Shown here piece after piece: positions 48,744-57,568 of a DNA stretch of 64,000 nucleotides. Origin of the DNA: Candidatus Eiseniibacteriota bacterium. Lineage in GTDB: Bacteria; Eisenbacteria; RBG-16-71-46; SZUA-252. Position 1 is the stretch's first letter; every line of letters starts with the position of its first letter. The position numbers and the translations under genes are program-made. The stretch is from contig VBOR01000057.1 of the NCBI GenBank assembly GCA_005893165.1, positions 15,408-79,407 of the forward strand, written 5' to 3'. The notes beneath the pieces are model-generated. The model did no database searches. It saw only the letters and a program-made list of their open reading frames with translations, and was not told the DNA's origin.

Positions 48744-49826
48744 GTGACCCTCGAGACCACCACCCGCACGAACGTGAAGATCGACCGCATGTGGGCCATC
48801 GAAAAATCGAAGCCCGAGGCGGGCCTGTGGAAGATCCAGGCCCCGATTCCGTCGGGCGGACCCAAGGACGTGCGCATCCGCGTGACCGCGTTCGCGATCT
48901 GCGGCACCGATCTGCACATCGTGGACTGGGACCGCTGGGCCGCGTCGCGCGTGAAGACGCCGCTCGTCTTCGGTCACGAGTTCACCGGGATCGTGGACTC
49001 GGTCGGGGCGGAGGTGAAAGCGGTGCGTCCGGGGGACCGCGTCACCGGGGAGACCCACGTGTACTGCGGTCTCTGTTACGCGTGCCGGCGCGGGCTCCAG
49101 CACCTCTGCTACAACGTGGAGATCCTGGGCGTCGACCGGCAGGGCGCCTTCGCCGACTACGTCCTCCTTCCGGAGCAGAACGTGTGGAAGCTCCACCCCG
49201 ACATTCCCGAGGAGATCGCGGCGGTGCACGATCCCCTGGGGAACGCGGTGCACACGGCGCTCGCCGGGCCGGTGGCCGGACTCAAGTTCGCGGTCTTCGG
49301 GTGCGGTCCCATCGGGTGCTTCGCGGTGGGCGTGCTCAAGGCATCGGGCGCCGCCTGGGTGGCCGCGGTGGACAAGAATCCCCTCCGCCTCGAGATCGCG
49401 GAGCGCATGGGGGCCGACCTCACCCTGAACGTCCAGCGCGATCCCATCGTGAAGACCATTCTGGCCTCGACGGACGGCCGCGGCGTGGACGGGATGCTCG
49501 AGATGTCGGGACACCCGAATTCCTTCCGCGAGGGATTCGAGGCGCTCGCGAACGGAGGCCGCGTCTCCCTGCTGGGCATCCCCAGCAAGCCGCTCGAGAT
49601 CGACGTGGCGAAGGAGATCATCTTCCGGGGAGCCGTCGTGCAGGGAATCAACGGCAGGCTCATCTTCGACACCTGGTACCGGATGGAGGCGTTGCTCCTG
49701 AGCGGCAAGCTCGACGTCAAGCCGGTGCTCACGCACGTGATGGGATGGTCCGACTTCGAGGAAGCGGTGGAGCTCCAGCGGTCGGGCAAGGCGGGGAAGA
49801 TCGTGCTGAAGCGGGACCATCCGTGA
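48744..49826 (+). CDS. tdh: L-threonine 3-dehydrogenase
   Basis: ICGTDLHI, GHEF, C-x2-C-x2-C-x7-C, DPLGNAVH, GCGPIG, LEMSG, GKAGKIVL; adjacent to kbl. Confidence 0.93.
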   Translation: MTLETTTRTNVKIDRMWAIEKSKPEAGLWKIQAPIPSGGPKDVRIRVTAFAICGTDLHIVDWDRWAASRVKTPLVFGHEFTGIVDSVGAEVKAVRPGDRVTGETHVYCGLCYACRRGLQHLCYNVEILGVDRQGAFADYVLLPEQNVWKLHPDIPEEIAAVHDPLGNAVHTALAGPVAGLKFAVFGCGPIGCFAVGVLKASGAAWVAAVDKNPLRLEIAERMGADLTLNVQRDPIVKTILASTDGRGVDGMLEMSGHPNSFREGFEALANGGRVSLLGIPSKPLEIDVAKEIIFRGAVVQGINGRLIFDTWYRMEALLLSGKLDVKPVLTHVMGWSDFEEAVELQRSGKAGKIVLKRDHP

Positions 49827-50895
49827 GCGCGGGACCCGTGACCGAGCATCCGCTCCACTACCTCGACGAGGCGCTCCGGGAGCTGAGGCGGGACGGGCTC
49901 TACCGCACCCTCCGCGAGCTGGAAGGAGAGCAGCTTCCGCGTGCCCGCTTCGACGGACGGGAGGTCATCAATCTCTCCTCGAACAATTACCTCGGGCTCA
50001 CGACGCATCCCAAGCTCAAGGAGGCGGCCATCCAGGCGGTCCGGACGCTCGGCGCAGGCTCGGGCTCGGTCCGTACCATCGCCGGGACGATGAAGCTCCA
50101 CATGGAGCTGGAGCGGCGCATCGCGGCCTTCAAGAAAACCGAGGCCTCGGTGGTCTTCCAGAGCGGGTTCGCCGCGAACGCGGGCACGGTGAGCTCCCTC
50201 CTCGGCAAGGAAGACCTCATCATCTCCGACGAGCTGAATCACGCGAGCATCATCGACGGGGCCCGGCTCAGCCGCGCCCAGATCCGCGTCTTTCCGCACC
50301 GGGACGTGGAGGCGCTGGAGCGGCTCCTCGAGGAGACGCGCGACGTGAAGCGCCGGCTCGTGATCACGGACGGCGTCTTCAGCATGGACGGCGACGTAGC
50401 ACCTCTCCCCAAGATTGCCGCGCTCGCCCGGGCGCACGGCGCGATCATGATGATCGACGACGCGCATTCGAGCGGAGTCCTGGGGAAGGCCGGCCGCGGC
50501 ACGGTGGATCATTTCGACCTGCACGGCCAGGTCGACGTCCAGGTTGGCACGCTCTCCAAGGCGATCGGCGTCCTGGGAGGATACGTCTGCGGCTCGAAGA
50601 GCCTGATCGAGTACCGCGCCGCTTCAAGGCGGGACTGGCCCGGCTGGGATTCAACACGGGATCGAGCGAGACGCCCATCACCCCGATTCTCGTGGGGGAG
50701 GCGGATCTCGCGATGCGCTTCTCCGACCGGCTCTTCGAGCGAGGGGTGTTCGCCCAGGGAATCGGCTATCCCACCGTCGCGAAGGGGAAGGCGCGGCTCC
50801 GCACCATCGTCACGGCGACGCATACCGACGAGGACCTGGACCGCGCCCTCTCGATCCTGGGCGAAGTGGGACGGACGCTGGGCGTCGTTCCCTAG
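49823..50895 (+). pseudogene. kbl: glycine C-acetyltransferase, apparent deletion and frameshift at ~50615
   Basis: SSNNYLGL, DELNHASIIDG, DGVFSMDG, DDAH, GTLSKA; second frame ETPITPI...YPTVAKGKARLR; the ARPFLFS segment is absent. Confidence 0.88.
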
Positions 50896-50901
50896 AGGCG
50901 C

Positions 50902-51927
50902 GTGGCCTTGGGCCGTCCGCTCCTCGTCCGTCTCCCCAACTGGCTCGGCGATCTCGTTCAGGCCTGGCCCGTGGTCCAGGCCGCGGGCCTGGATCGCTCC
51001 CGTCCGGCCCTATTCCTGGGCCCCGCGTCCTTCGCGGCGCTGGTCGGGCCCCGATTCGCCTCCTCCGAATACATCTCCTGGTCGCGCGCGCGTCGCTTCG
51101 CCTCGGCGGGGGAGATCCGGCGCCGGCGGCCCGGAACGGCGCTCCTGCTCACCGACTCGCTCTCCTCGGCGATCCTTACGGCGCTCGCGGGCATCCCGGA
51201 ACGGATCGGGTACGCCGCCGAGTTTCGCGACCTCCTCCTGACACGCCGGGTCTCGCGAGGAATCCCTTCGCGCGCGGCGCCGCGCGTTCAGGAATACCTC
51301 CACCTCGCTCGCGCGGCCGGGCTCGAGGTCGAGGAGACGCTGCCGTCGATCGAGGCGCTCCAGGAAGACCGGGACGCCGCGGCCTCCCTCCGGCGACAGG
51401 CCGGCATCGAGGGGGAGCCGTTCGCGGTCCTGGCTCCGGGAGCAACCTTCGGCGCCGCCAAGCGATGGGAGCCCGCGAAATTCGCGGCGCTGGCCGCGGC
51501 GCTGCACGCCCGCGAAGGCGCGCGCTCGGTATTGGTGGGCGCGAAGGAGGATTCGGAGCCGGCCAGGGAGGTGGCCAGGATCGCGGGCGCCTGCACGGTG
51601 GATCTCGTCGGAGCGACCGATCTTCCGGCGCTCGTGGGGCTCCTGGACGCTTCCATCCTGGTGGCTTCGAACGACTCGGGGGTCATGCATCTCGCCGCCG
51701 CGCTTCGGAAGCCGACGGTCGGGGTCTTCGGCTCCACGAGTCCGGTGTGGAGCGCCGCCCTGGCACCCTGGGTCCGGTCGCTCTACGCGGCCTATCCCTG
51801 CTCTCCCTGTTTTCGGCGCACCTGCCCGATCGGATATGGATGCCTGCGCTCGATCGACGCCACGCAGGCCATCGGCGCCGCGGTCGAGCTCCTGGGTACC
51901 GCGCGCCTCCCGACTTCGGCTTCCTAG
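50902..51927 (+). CDS. waaF: LPS heptosyltransferase II (GT9)
   Basis: RLPNWLGD, RIGY, APGATFGAAKRW, SNDSGVMHLAAA, FGST, CSPCFRRTCP. Confidence 0.85.
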   Translation: MALGRPLLVRLPNWLGDLVQAWPVVQAAGLDRSRPALFLGPASFAALVGPRFASSEYISWSRARRFASAGEIRRRRPGTALLLTDSLSSAILTALAGIPERIGYAAEFRDLLLTRRVSRGIPSRAAPRVQEYLHLARAAGLEVEETLPSIEALQEDRDAAASLRRQAGIEGEPFAVLAPGATFGAAKRWEPAKFAALAAALHAREGARSVLVGAKEDSEPAREVARIAGACTVDLVGATDLPALVGLLDASILVASNDSGVMHLAAALRKPTVGVFGSTSPVWSAALAPWVRSLYAAYPCSPCFRRTCPIGYGCLRSIDATQAIGAAVELLGTARLPTSAS

Positions 51928-53000
51928 CGGGCGAACTTCCGGTAGGTGACGCCGTCGCTCTCGTACCCGTAGCGGCGGGCGAAGGCGGCGACCGTGGAGC
52001 GGGGCAGGAATCCCTCGCGTGCGAGCAGCTTGAGCTCCATGGGGTAGGAGCCGCGGACCGACCGGTAGACCTCGAGTGCGAGCGACAGGCGCTGCGATTC
52101 ATCGAGCGTGAGCACGTGTTCCGGCGCGCGCCGCACCGCGCGCTCCGCCTCGGAATAGAGCACCGGCGTCACGTACCTGCCGACCCCGTACGAGAGCGCC
52201 AGGATGACGATCGCCGCCGGGATCGCGAAGCTCCGCTTCGGACGCACGACGATCTTCTCTTCCACGATCGGCGTGACTTTCGGGGGCGCGGCGCCGAGAG
52301 AGATCTCGATGACGCCCAGCTCGAGCAGGTGATGCAGCGCCTCGTAGGCTTCGAACTCCACCAGCTTGGATTGCGCCACGATGTCGCGCAGCGGCCGGAG
52401 ACCGTCCACGAGCGGGAGCACCCGCTGCTCTGGTCCCGTCATCTCCTTCGGAGGCACCGCGAGCGCCTTGGGGCGGAGCACCATGGCCGGCGAGGAGAGC
52501 ACCTGCTTGTACCGGACGATCTCGTCCAGGCGGCGCATGGACTCCATGAGGAGCCCCTCGGTGTTCAGACGGACGTTGGCCGCGAACTTGGGGACCGTCC
52601 GGGAATCTCCGGAGAAGTGATAGGCGCCCTGCTTCCAGGTGAGGAGCTGGTGCATCGTGTCCTGGATCTGGTCCTGAATGGCCTGCCCAAGCTGCTCGCT
52701 CGTGACGTAGTTGCCGCTCAGGAGCACATCCGTGAGCTCGCGCCGGCTCTCGGCCTCGATGGTCTCGATCTGCTTGAGCTGGGCCTCGGTGATGTGGCCG
52801 GTCTGGACGAGGAACGCCTTGAGGGGATCGCGGGCGTTCCGGCGGCGGTCGCGCGTGGAGACGACGCGCCCGCCGTCGAAGAAGATGACGGCGACGTCGG
52901 ATCCCGCGCTCAGCTTGAGCACCCCGGACTTCTGCTGGACCGCGATCAATTGCAAGATTTCGGGGAGGCTGAAGTCGTCGAGGTTCCCCTGGAGCGCCAT
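51924..53000 (-). CDS. DUF4388/PatA-N domain membrane protein with C-terminal TM and pilin/GspG-like tail
   Basis: LQGNLDDFSLPEILQLI...KSGVL, W-x2-G-x-YHF, LLMESMRRLDE, winged-helix-like VDGLRPL, TM, LEVYRSVRGSYPMEL. Confidence 0.8.
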   Translation of the reverse strand: MALQGNLDDFSLPEILQLIAVQQKSGVLKLSAGSDVAVIFFDGGRVVSTRDRRRNARDPLKAFLVQTGHITEAQLKQIETIEAESRRELTDVLLSGNYVTSEQLGQAIQDQIQDTMHQLLTWKQGAYHFSGDSRTVPKFAANVRLNTEGLLMESMRRLDEIVRYKQVLSSPAMVLRPKALAVPPKEMTGPEQRVLPLVDGLRPLRDIVAQSKLVEFEAYEALHHLLELGVIEISLGAAPPKVTPIVEEKIVVRPKRSFAIPAAIVILALSYGVGRYVTPVLYSEAERAVRRAPEHVLTLDESQRLSLALEVYRSVRGSYPMELKLLAREGFLPRSTVAAFARRYGYESDGVTYRKFAR

Positions 53001-53001
53001 C

Positions 53002-54936
53002 CTACCGTCCTCCCGCCTCGACCTTGACCCCCGGGGGCCGTCCCGCCGCGCGGCCCACCGAGTGGGTCATGCCCGGGATCTTGTCGGTCGTCTTCGCGTA
53101 GTACCGCGCCACCGTGATCCAGTAGGTCAGCATGAAGAGGAGCGCGAGCGGGATCCGCTTCGCCAATCCCGAGCCGGGCACCGGCAGCACGTCCGAGGAG
53201 GGAACCAGGGCGCCGTTCGCGATCACGAGCAGAGCCGCCGACACCATGACCAGGATGGCGAAGAATCCGCTCAGGGAGGCGCCGCGCAGCATCTGGCCCG
53301 CGCCGGGAAGAAGGAACGTGGTGGCCGTTTCGCGGAAGGTTCTGCGCTTCGCGGCACGGCTGCCCCGTCCCGTGAGGAGGAGCCGCGTGAACTCGATGGA
53401 TTTGAGGTCCTTCACCGCGCCGAAGCACTCCTCGCAGAACGCGCGCTGCTGCTGCCGGAACACGCAGCGGCGGCAGACCACCTTCTGGCAATTCGAGCAC
53501 TGCAGCGTGGCGAGCGCGCGCCCCATCATCTGCCCGAGCCCCGCGAAGCAAAGGAAGAGGGCCACCAGGAAGAAGAGCGAGAAGGGAGGCGGGGGAGCGA
53601 GCCGCGTCAGGAACGAGAGCCAGCGATTGCTCTGGACCGCCGAGAGGCCGCGCTCGGGAGCGGTCCGCCGCGCCAGATCCCAGAGGGCCTCGATCTCGGG
53701 CATCGCCTCCATCACCGTCCGGTTCAGCTGAGGCGTGCTGATCCGGCTCATGTCGCGGACGCGGTCGAACGCGAGCGACATGGCGAGCGACTGCTCGCGG
53801 TTCGCCTCGGAGAAGAGGAGCTGCTTCGTGTAGGTCTGCCCGAGATTGAAGTGAGGCTCGGCGGCGCGGGGCCGGGCCTTGGCCGCCGCTTCGTACGCCG
53901 CGCGCGCGCGATCGTAGTCTTCGCGCGCGAAGTAGACGTTCCCGAGATTCACCAGCGTCCAGACGGTGTTGGGCCGCAGCGCGTCCGCGCGCAGGAGCTC
54001 GCGCTCCGCCGTATCGAGGTCCCCCTGGCGCCGGGCGAGGGTTCCCAGCGTGAAGGGGTAGAGCGGCTCCTTGGGATCCCGCATCCGGAGCGCCGTCAGG
54101 GCGCCCGAGGCTTCCGCGTCCGCGCCGGCGCGGAGCGAGCGATCCACGAGAAGGCTGGCCTCCTCGAGACTCGGCGGCCCCGCCCAGGGCGCCACCGTGT
54201 TCAGGAACGAGGAGACGCCCAGCACCGAGACCAGGAACAGCACGATCAGGAATCCTTCACGCCGGCCGACGCGGAACGACACCAGTCCCGCGTAGACCGT
54301 GGCGGTGGGAATGGGGCCGAGCCCCCACAGGAGCGGGGCGAGCACGATCAAGGTCGCGCCGGTCCGCGCGAGAAGGCTCTTCCCGCGGCCCACCAGCTCG
54401 AGAACGATGTGGATGAGGTGCGGCAGATGCCGAAGCGTGATCCCGACGATTGCGAAGAGGAGGCTGATCGTCCACACGACGAGGAACCCGGTCAGCACGT
54501 TGGCGAGCAGGTGCCGCTGCCAGGAGTAATGGCGCCCGACGATCCGGAGCGCTTCGCACAGCTCTCCGAACGCGCGCTCCGGATTCCGGAAGGTGAGAAC
54601 GCGGGCGAGCGTGAAATGAGGATCGGGGTACGCCGGATCGAAGTCCGCCGCGGCCCCGAGAAGGCGGGTCGCCTCGGGAGTGTTGCCGGCCTGGAGGGCG
54701 GCCAGCGCCTCGCGGTATCGCGCCTGGGCCGGAGCGAGCGCGCGGATCTGGCCCGCGTTCCGCATCTGCTCCAGCTCCTCCTGCACGGCATCGGAGCCGG
54801 CATAGGCGGAGACGGAGGGGGCGAACGCGGAACCGATCGGAGCGAGCGACGCGAGCGCGATTCCCGCCGTCACCGCCGCCCGAACGAGCGGTCCCACCCA
54901 CGCGCGCCCTGGTTTCAAGGGCTCGATTCGCGCCAC
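53002..54936 (-). CDS. multi-TM TPR protein with a six-cysteine zinc-finger-like segment
   Basis: Signal peptide, TPR motifs (NLGNVYF, HFNLGQ), TM clusters, CSNC-x4-CRRC-x9-CEEC, LPGAGQ. Confidence 0.8.
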   Translation of the reverse strand: MARIEPLKPGRAWVGPLVRAAVTAGIALASLAPIGSAFAPSVSAYAGSDAVQEELEQMRNAGQIRALAPAQARYREALAALQAGNTPEATRLLGAAADFDPAYPDPHFTLARVLTFRNPERAFGELCEALRIVGRHYSWQRHLLANVLTGFLVVWTISLLFAIVGITLRHLPHLIHIVLELVGRGKSLLARTGATLIVLAPLLWGLGPIPTATVYAGLVSFRVGRREGFLIVLFLVSVLGVSSFLNTVAPWAGPPSLEEASLLVDRSLRAGADAEASGALTALRMRDPKEPLYPFTLGTLARRQGDLDTAERELLRADALRPNTVWTLVNLGNVYFAREDYDRARAAYEAAAKARPRAAEPHFNLGQTYTKQLLFSEANREQSLAMSLAFDRVRDMSRISTPQLNRTVMEAMPEIEALWDLARRTAPERGLSAVQSNRWLSFLTRLAPPPPFSLFFLVALFLCFAGLGQMMGRALATLQCSNCQKVVCRRCVFRQQQRAFCEECFGAVKDLKSIEFTRLLLTGRGSRAAKRRTFRETATTFLLPGAGQMLRGASLSGFFAILVMVSAALLVIANGALVPSSDVLPVPGSGLAKRIPLALLFMLTYWITVARYYAKTTDKIPGMTHSVGRAAGRPPGVKVEAGGR

Positions 54937-54942
54937 TGCCGC

Positions 54943-54971
54943 AACTTAGGTTCGAGGGCCGGGGGAGTCAA
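54943..54971 (-). promoter_or_regulatory. sigma70 promoter giving a leaderless transcript
   Basis: TTGACT-17nt-TAAGTT, then 6 nt to GTG 54936; no SD. Confidence 0.6.
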
Positions 54972-55051
54972 GGGAAATGTCCCCCGCGGCATGCTATCCT
55001 CCCTCGCTTCAAGGGGCCGCGGGCCCTTTCCATTCGAGTGGAGGTCGAAGC

Positions 55052-56353
55052 ATGGGCGACACCGCGACCCGCATCGGGGCGCTTCGGGGAAAAATCGGCG
55101 AAGAAGTCCGGATCCAGGGATGGCTCTACAACCGCCGCTCGAGCGGGAAGCTGGAGTTTCTCCTCGTGCGCGACGGAAGCGGAACGGTGCAGTGCGTCGC
55201 GGTGAACGCGGAGCTTCCCGAAGCGGTCTTCGCGAAGTGCGCCGCGGTGACGCAGGAATCCTCGGTGCGGGTCACCGGGATCGTGCGCGAGGACAAGCGT
55301 GCCCCGAGCGGCGTGGAGCTCTCCCTTCGCGATCTCGAAGTGGTGGGTCCGAGCGTGGATTTTCCGATCACGCCGAAGGAACACGGACCTTCCTTCCTCC
55401 TGGACCAGCGCCACCTCTGGATCCGCTCGCCGCGCCAGGCCGCGATCCTCAAGGTGCGACACTCCCTCGTCCAGGCGTGCCGTGACTGGCTCAACCGGGA
55501 CGGATTCATCCTCGCCGACGCGCCGATCTTCACTCCCTCGGCGTGCGAGGGCACGACCACCCTCTTCGAGACCCAGTACTTCGGCGAGAAGGCGTATCTG
55601 ACCCAGAGCGGGCAGCTCTACAACGAGGCCACCGCGATGGCGTTCGGGAAGACCTACTGCTTCGGCCCCACGTTCCGGGCGGAGAAATCCAAGACGCGCC
55701 GGCATCTGATCGAGTTCTGGATGGTGGAGCCGGAGATCGCGTTCGCCACGCTCGAGGACGTGATGGCGCTGATCGAGCGGTTCGTCGAGGGGATCGTGGG
55801 GCGCGTTCTGGAGGAGCGCCGCGAGGAGCTGAAGGTCCTCGAGCGCGATCCGGCCCCGCTCGAGGGCGTCAAGGCGCCCTTCCCGAGAGTCTCCTACGAC
55901 GAGGCGGTCCGGATCCTGAAAGAGAAGAAGGGGCTGCCCTTCGAGTGGGGGTCGGATTTCGGCGCGGCGGACGAGACCGCGCTCACCGAGGACTACGACC
56001 GGCCGTTCTTCGTCCATGGCTTTCCCGCGGCGGTGAAAGCCTTCTACATGAAGCGCGACCCCAAGGACGACCGGCTCTCGCTCTCCTGCGACCTGCTCGC
56101 CCCGGAGGGCTACGGGGAGATCGTGGGAGGGGGCGAGCGCGAGGATTCGCTGGATCGGCTGGTCGGCCGCATCCGCGAGCACGAGCTTCCGCTCGAAGCC
56201 TTCGAGTGGTACCTCGATCTCCGCCGTTACGGATCCGTTCCCCACAGCGGGTTCGGAATGGGGATCGAGCGGACGCTGACCTGGATCTGCGGCATCGAGC
56301 ACCTCCGGGAGACGATCCCGTTCCCTCGCATGCTGAACCGCCTCCGTCCGTAA
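55052..56353 (+). CDS. asnS: asparaginyl-tRNA synthetase
   Basis: [66 protein letters not shown]; SD GGAGG. Confidence 0.93.
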   Translation: MGDTATRIGALRGKIGEEVRIQGWLYNRRSSGKLEFLLVRDGSGTVQCVAVNAELPEAVFAKCAAVTQESSVRVTGIVREDKRAPSGVELSLRDLEVVGPSVDFPITPKEHGPSFLLDQRHLWIRSPRQAAILKVRHSLVQACRDWLNRDGFILADAPIFTPSACEGTTTLFETQYFGEKAYLTQSGQLYNEATAMAFGKTYCFGPTFRAEKSKTRRHLIEFWMVEPEIAFATLEDVMALIERFVEGIVGRVLEERREELKVLERDPAPLEGVKAPFPRVSYDEAVRILKEKKGLPFEWGSDFGAADETALTEDYDRPFFVHGFPAAVKAFYMKRDPKDDRLSLSCDLLAPEGYGEIVGGGEREDSLDRLVGRIREHELPLEAFEWYLDLRRYGSVPHSGFGMGIERTLTWICGIEHLRETIPFPRMLNRLRP

Positions 56354-56386
56354 CCTCTTCGTAACCTTGCGTGAGGCGCCCGGGCG

Positions 56387-56408
56387 GGGACGCTCCCGGA
56401 AGCGTCCC
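56387..56408 (+). terminator. hairpin after asnS (no U-tract)
   Basis: GGGACGCT-cccgga-AGCGTCCC perfect 8-bp stem. Confidence 0.35.
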
Positions 56409-56423
56409 GGACCAGAATTTGCG

Positions 56424-56453
56424 TTGACAGAATCTCCCGCGCCGCACTAAGTT
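56424..56453 (+). promoter_or_regulatory. sigma70-type promoter (distal)
   Basis: TTGACA-18nt-TAAGTT. Confidence 0.55.
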
Positions 56454-56459
56454 CCAGCC

Positions 56460-56618
56460 TCTTTTCGGCTGCGCGATCGCGTTCGCTTGCCACCCCAGAC
56501 CGGGTGGCGTTTTTGCGAGCAGCGCGCGCGCCCTTCAGCCGGGATGCCGGGGAATAAATCGGCGCAGATCGGGGTATTCAGGGCAGGATCTGGGCTCGCC
56601 ACGCAGGTTTGGGGCGAG
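56460..56618 (+). ncRNA. candidate structured leader or small RNA
   Basis: Starts after a promoter. Nested stem CGGCTG/CAGCCG encloses GCCACCC/GGGTGGC followed by GTTTTT; three further hairpins follow. Confidence 0.3.
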
Positions 56619-56647
56619 TTGACACGGCTTCATGGGGTGGGTACTCT
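56619..56647 (+). promoter_or_regulatory. sigma70 promoter (proximal), leaderless
   Basis: TTGACA-17nt-TACTCT, 6 nt before in-frame GTG 56654. Confidence 0.6.
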
Positions 56648-56653
56648 GGCATC

Positions 56654-57568
56654 GTGAGAGTCACGGGCCGGGTGCGAGGCACCTGGCTGCATCGGGTGGC
56701 GTTCGCGCTCCTGGCGTTTGGCCTTGGCTCGTGCTCGTCGCCCTCCCCCCCGCGCGAGATCCCTCCCGCACCGATCGTCCTTGCCGGCGCCGAGCACCTG
56801 GTCCCAATGCTACGAGGAGAGATTCAGGCGTTCCGGGACCGCGACTCGGCGGCAGCCGAGATCCGGGCGATCCCGAACGGTTCGGCGGAGGGTATGGAGC
56901 AGCTCGTCAACGGTGAAGTCACCATGTCGGTCCTCATGCGCGAGTTGACCGATCCGGAGGTCAAGGCCGCGATGGCGCGGCAGGGGCTGAATGCGTTCCC
57001 GTTCGCGTGGGACGCGGTCGCGGTGATCGTGAATCCGCGCTCCCCCATCCGACAGCTTTCGAGGACCGAGCTGGCCCAGATCTACCGCGGCGAGATCACC
57101 GACTGGGCGGATCTGGGCTGGAGGCAGGGGGGCGAGATCATTCCCCTCACCACCGGTCCGAAGCTGGGTCTCTACGAGTTTCTCCAGCAGTCGCTCCTGG
57201 GCGGCGACCCGTACGGGGCGCGCATCTACGCCCAGAAGGGCGAGCCGGAGATCCGGGACCTCGTCGCGTCCCGTCAGGACGCGATCGGATGCGTTTCCAG
57301 GCAGTTCGTGGACGAGCGCGTGCGCGCGCTCGCCGTCTCCACGGCCAAGGGACTTCCGTACGTGCCCCTGACCCGGGAGACGACGATGCTTCGCCGGTAC
57401 CCGCTCATGCGAGGGCTTTCGCTCTGCACGCAGTCGCGGCCGCCGGCCACCGCGACCGATTTCATCAATTTCGTCACCAGCGTGGACGGCCAGCAGATCG
57501 TCTCACGTCACGGCTACACGCCGGTGATTCCCGTGCGCGTCGTGCGCACCGCAGAGGAGGCACAGTGA
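56654..57568 (+). CDS. PstS-like periplasmic binding-fold lipoprotein
   Basis: Lipobox LGSC; GSAEG, AWDAVAVIVNP, QIYRGEITDW, YPL, DFINFVTS-x2-GQ; no pstCAB nearby. Confidence 0.8.
   Translation: MRVTGRVRGTWLHRVAFALLAFGLGSCSSPSPPREIPPAPIVLAGAEHLVPMLRGEIQAFRDRDSAAAEIRAIPNGSAEGMEQLVNGEVTMSVLMRELTDPEVKAAMARQGLNAFPFAWDAVAVIVNPRSPIRQLSRTELAQIYRGEITDWADLGWRQGGEIIPLTTGPKLGLYEFLQQSLLGGDPYGARIYAQKGEPEIRDLVASRQDAIGCVSRQFVDERVRALAVSTAKGLPYVPLTRETTMLRRYPLMRGLSLCTQSRPPATATDFINFVTSVDGQQIVSRHGYTPVIPVRVVRTAEEAQ

Noticed and set aside
5786-50615. Programmed frameshifting or genuine pseudogenisation as the cause of the split genes
   Set aside because: Coding sequence is missing, not merely shifted; no slippery sites; flanks are undecayed and several genes are normally essential.
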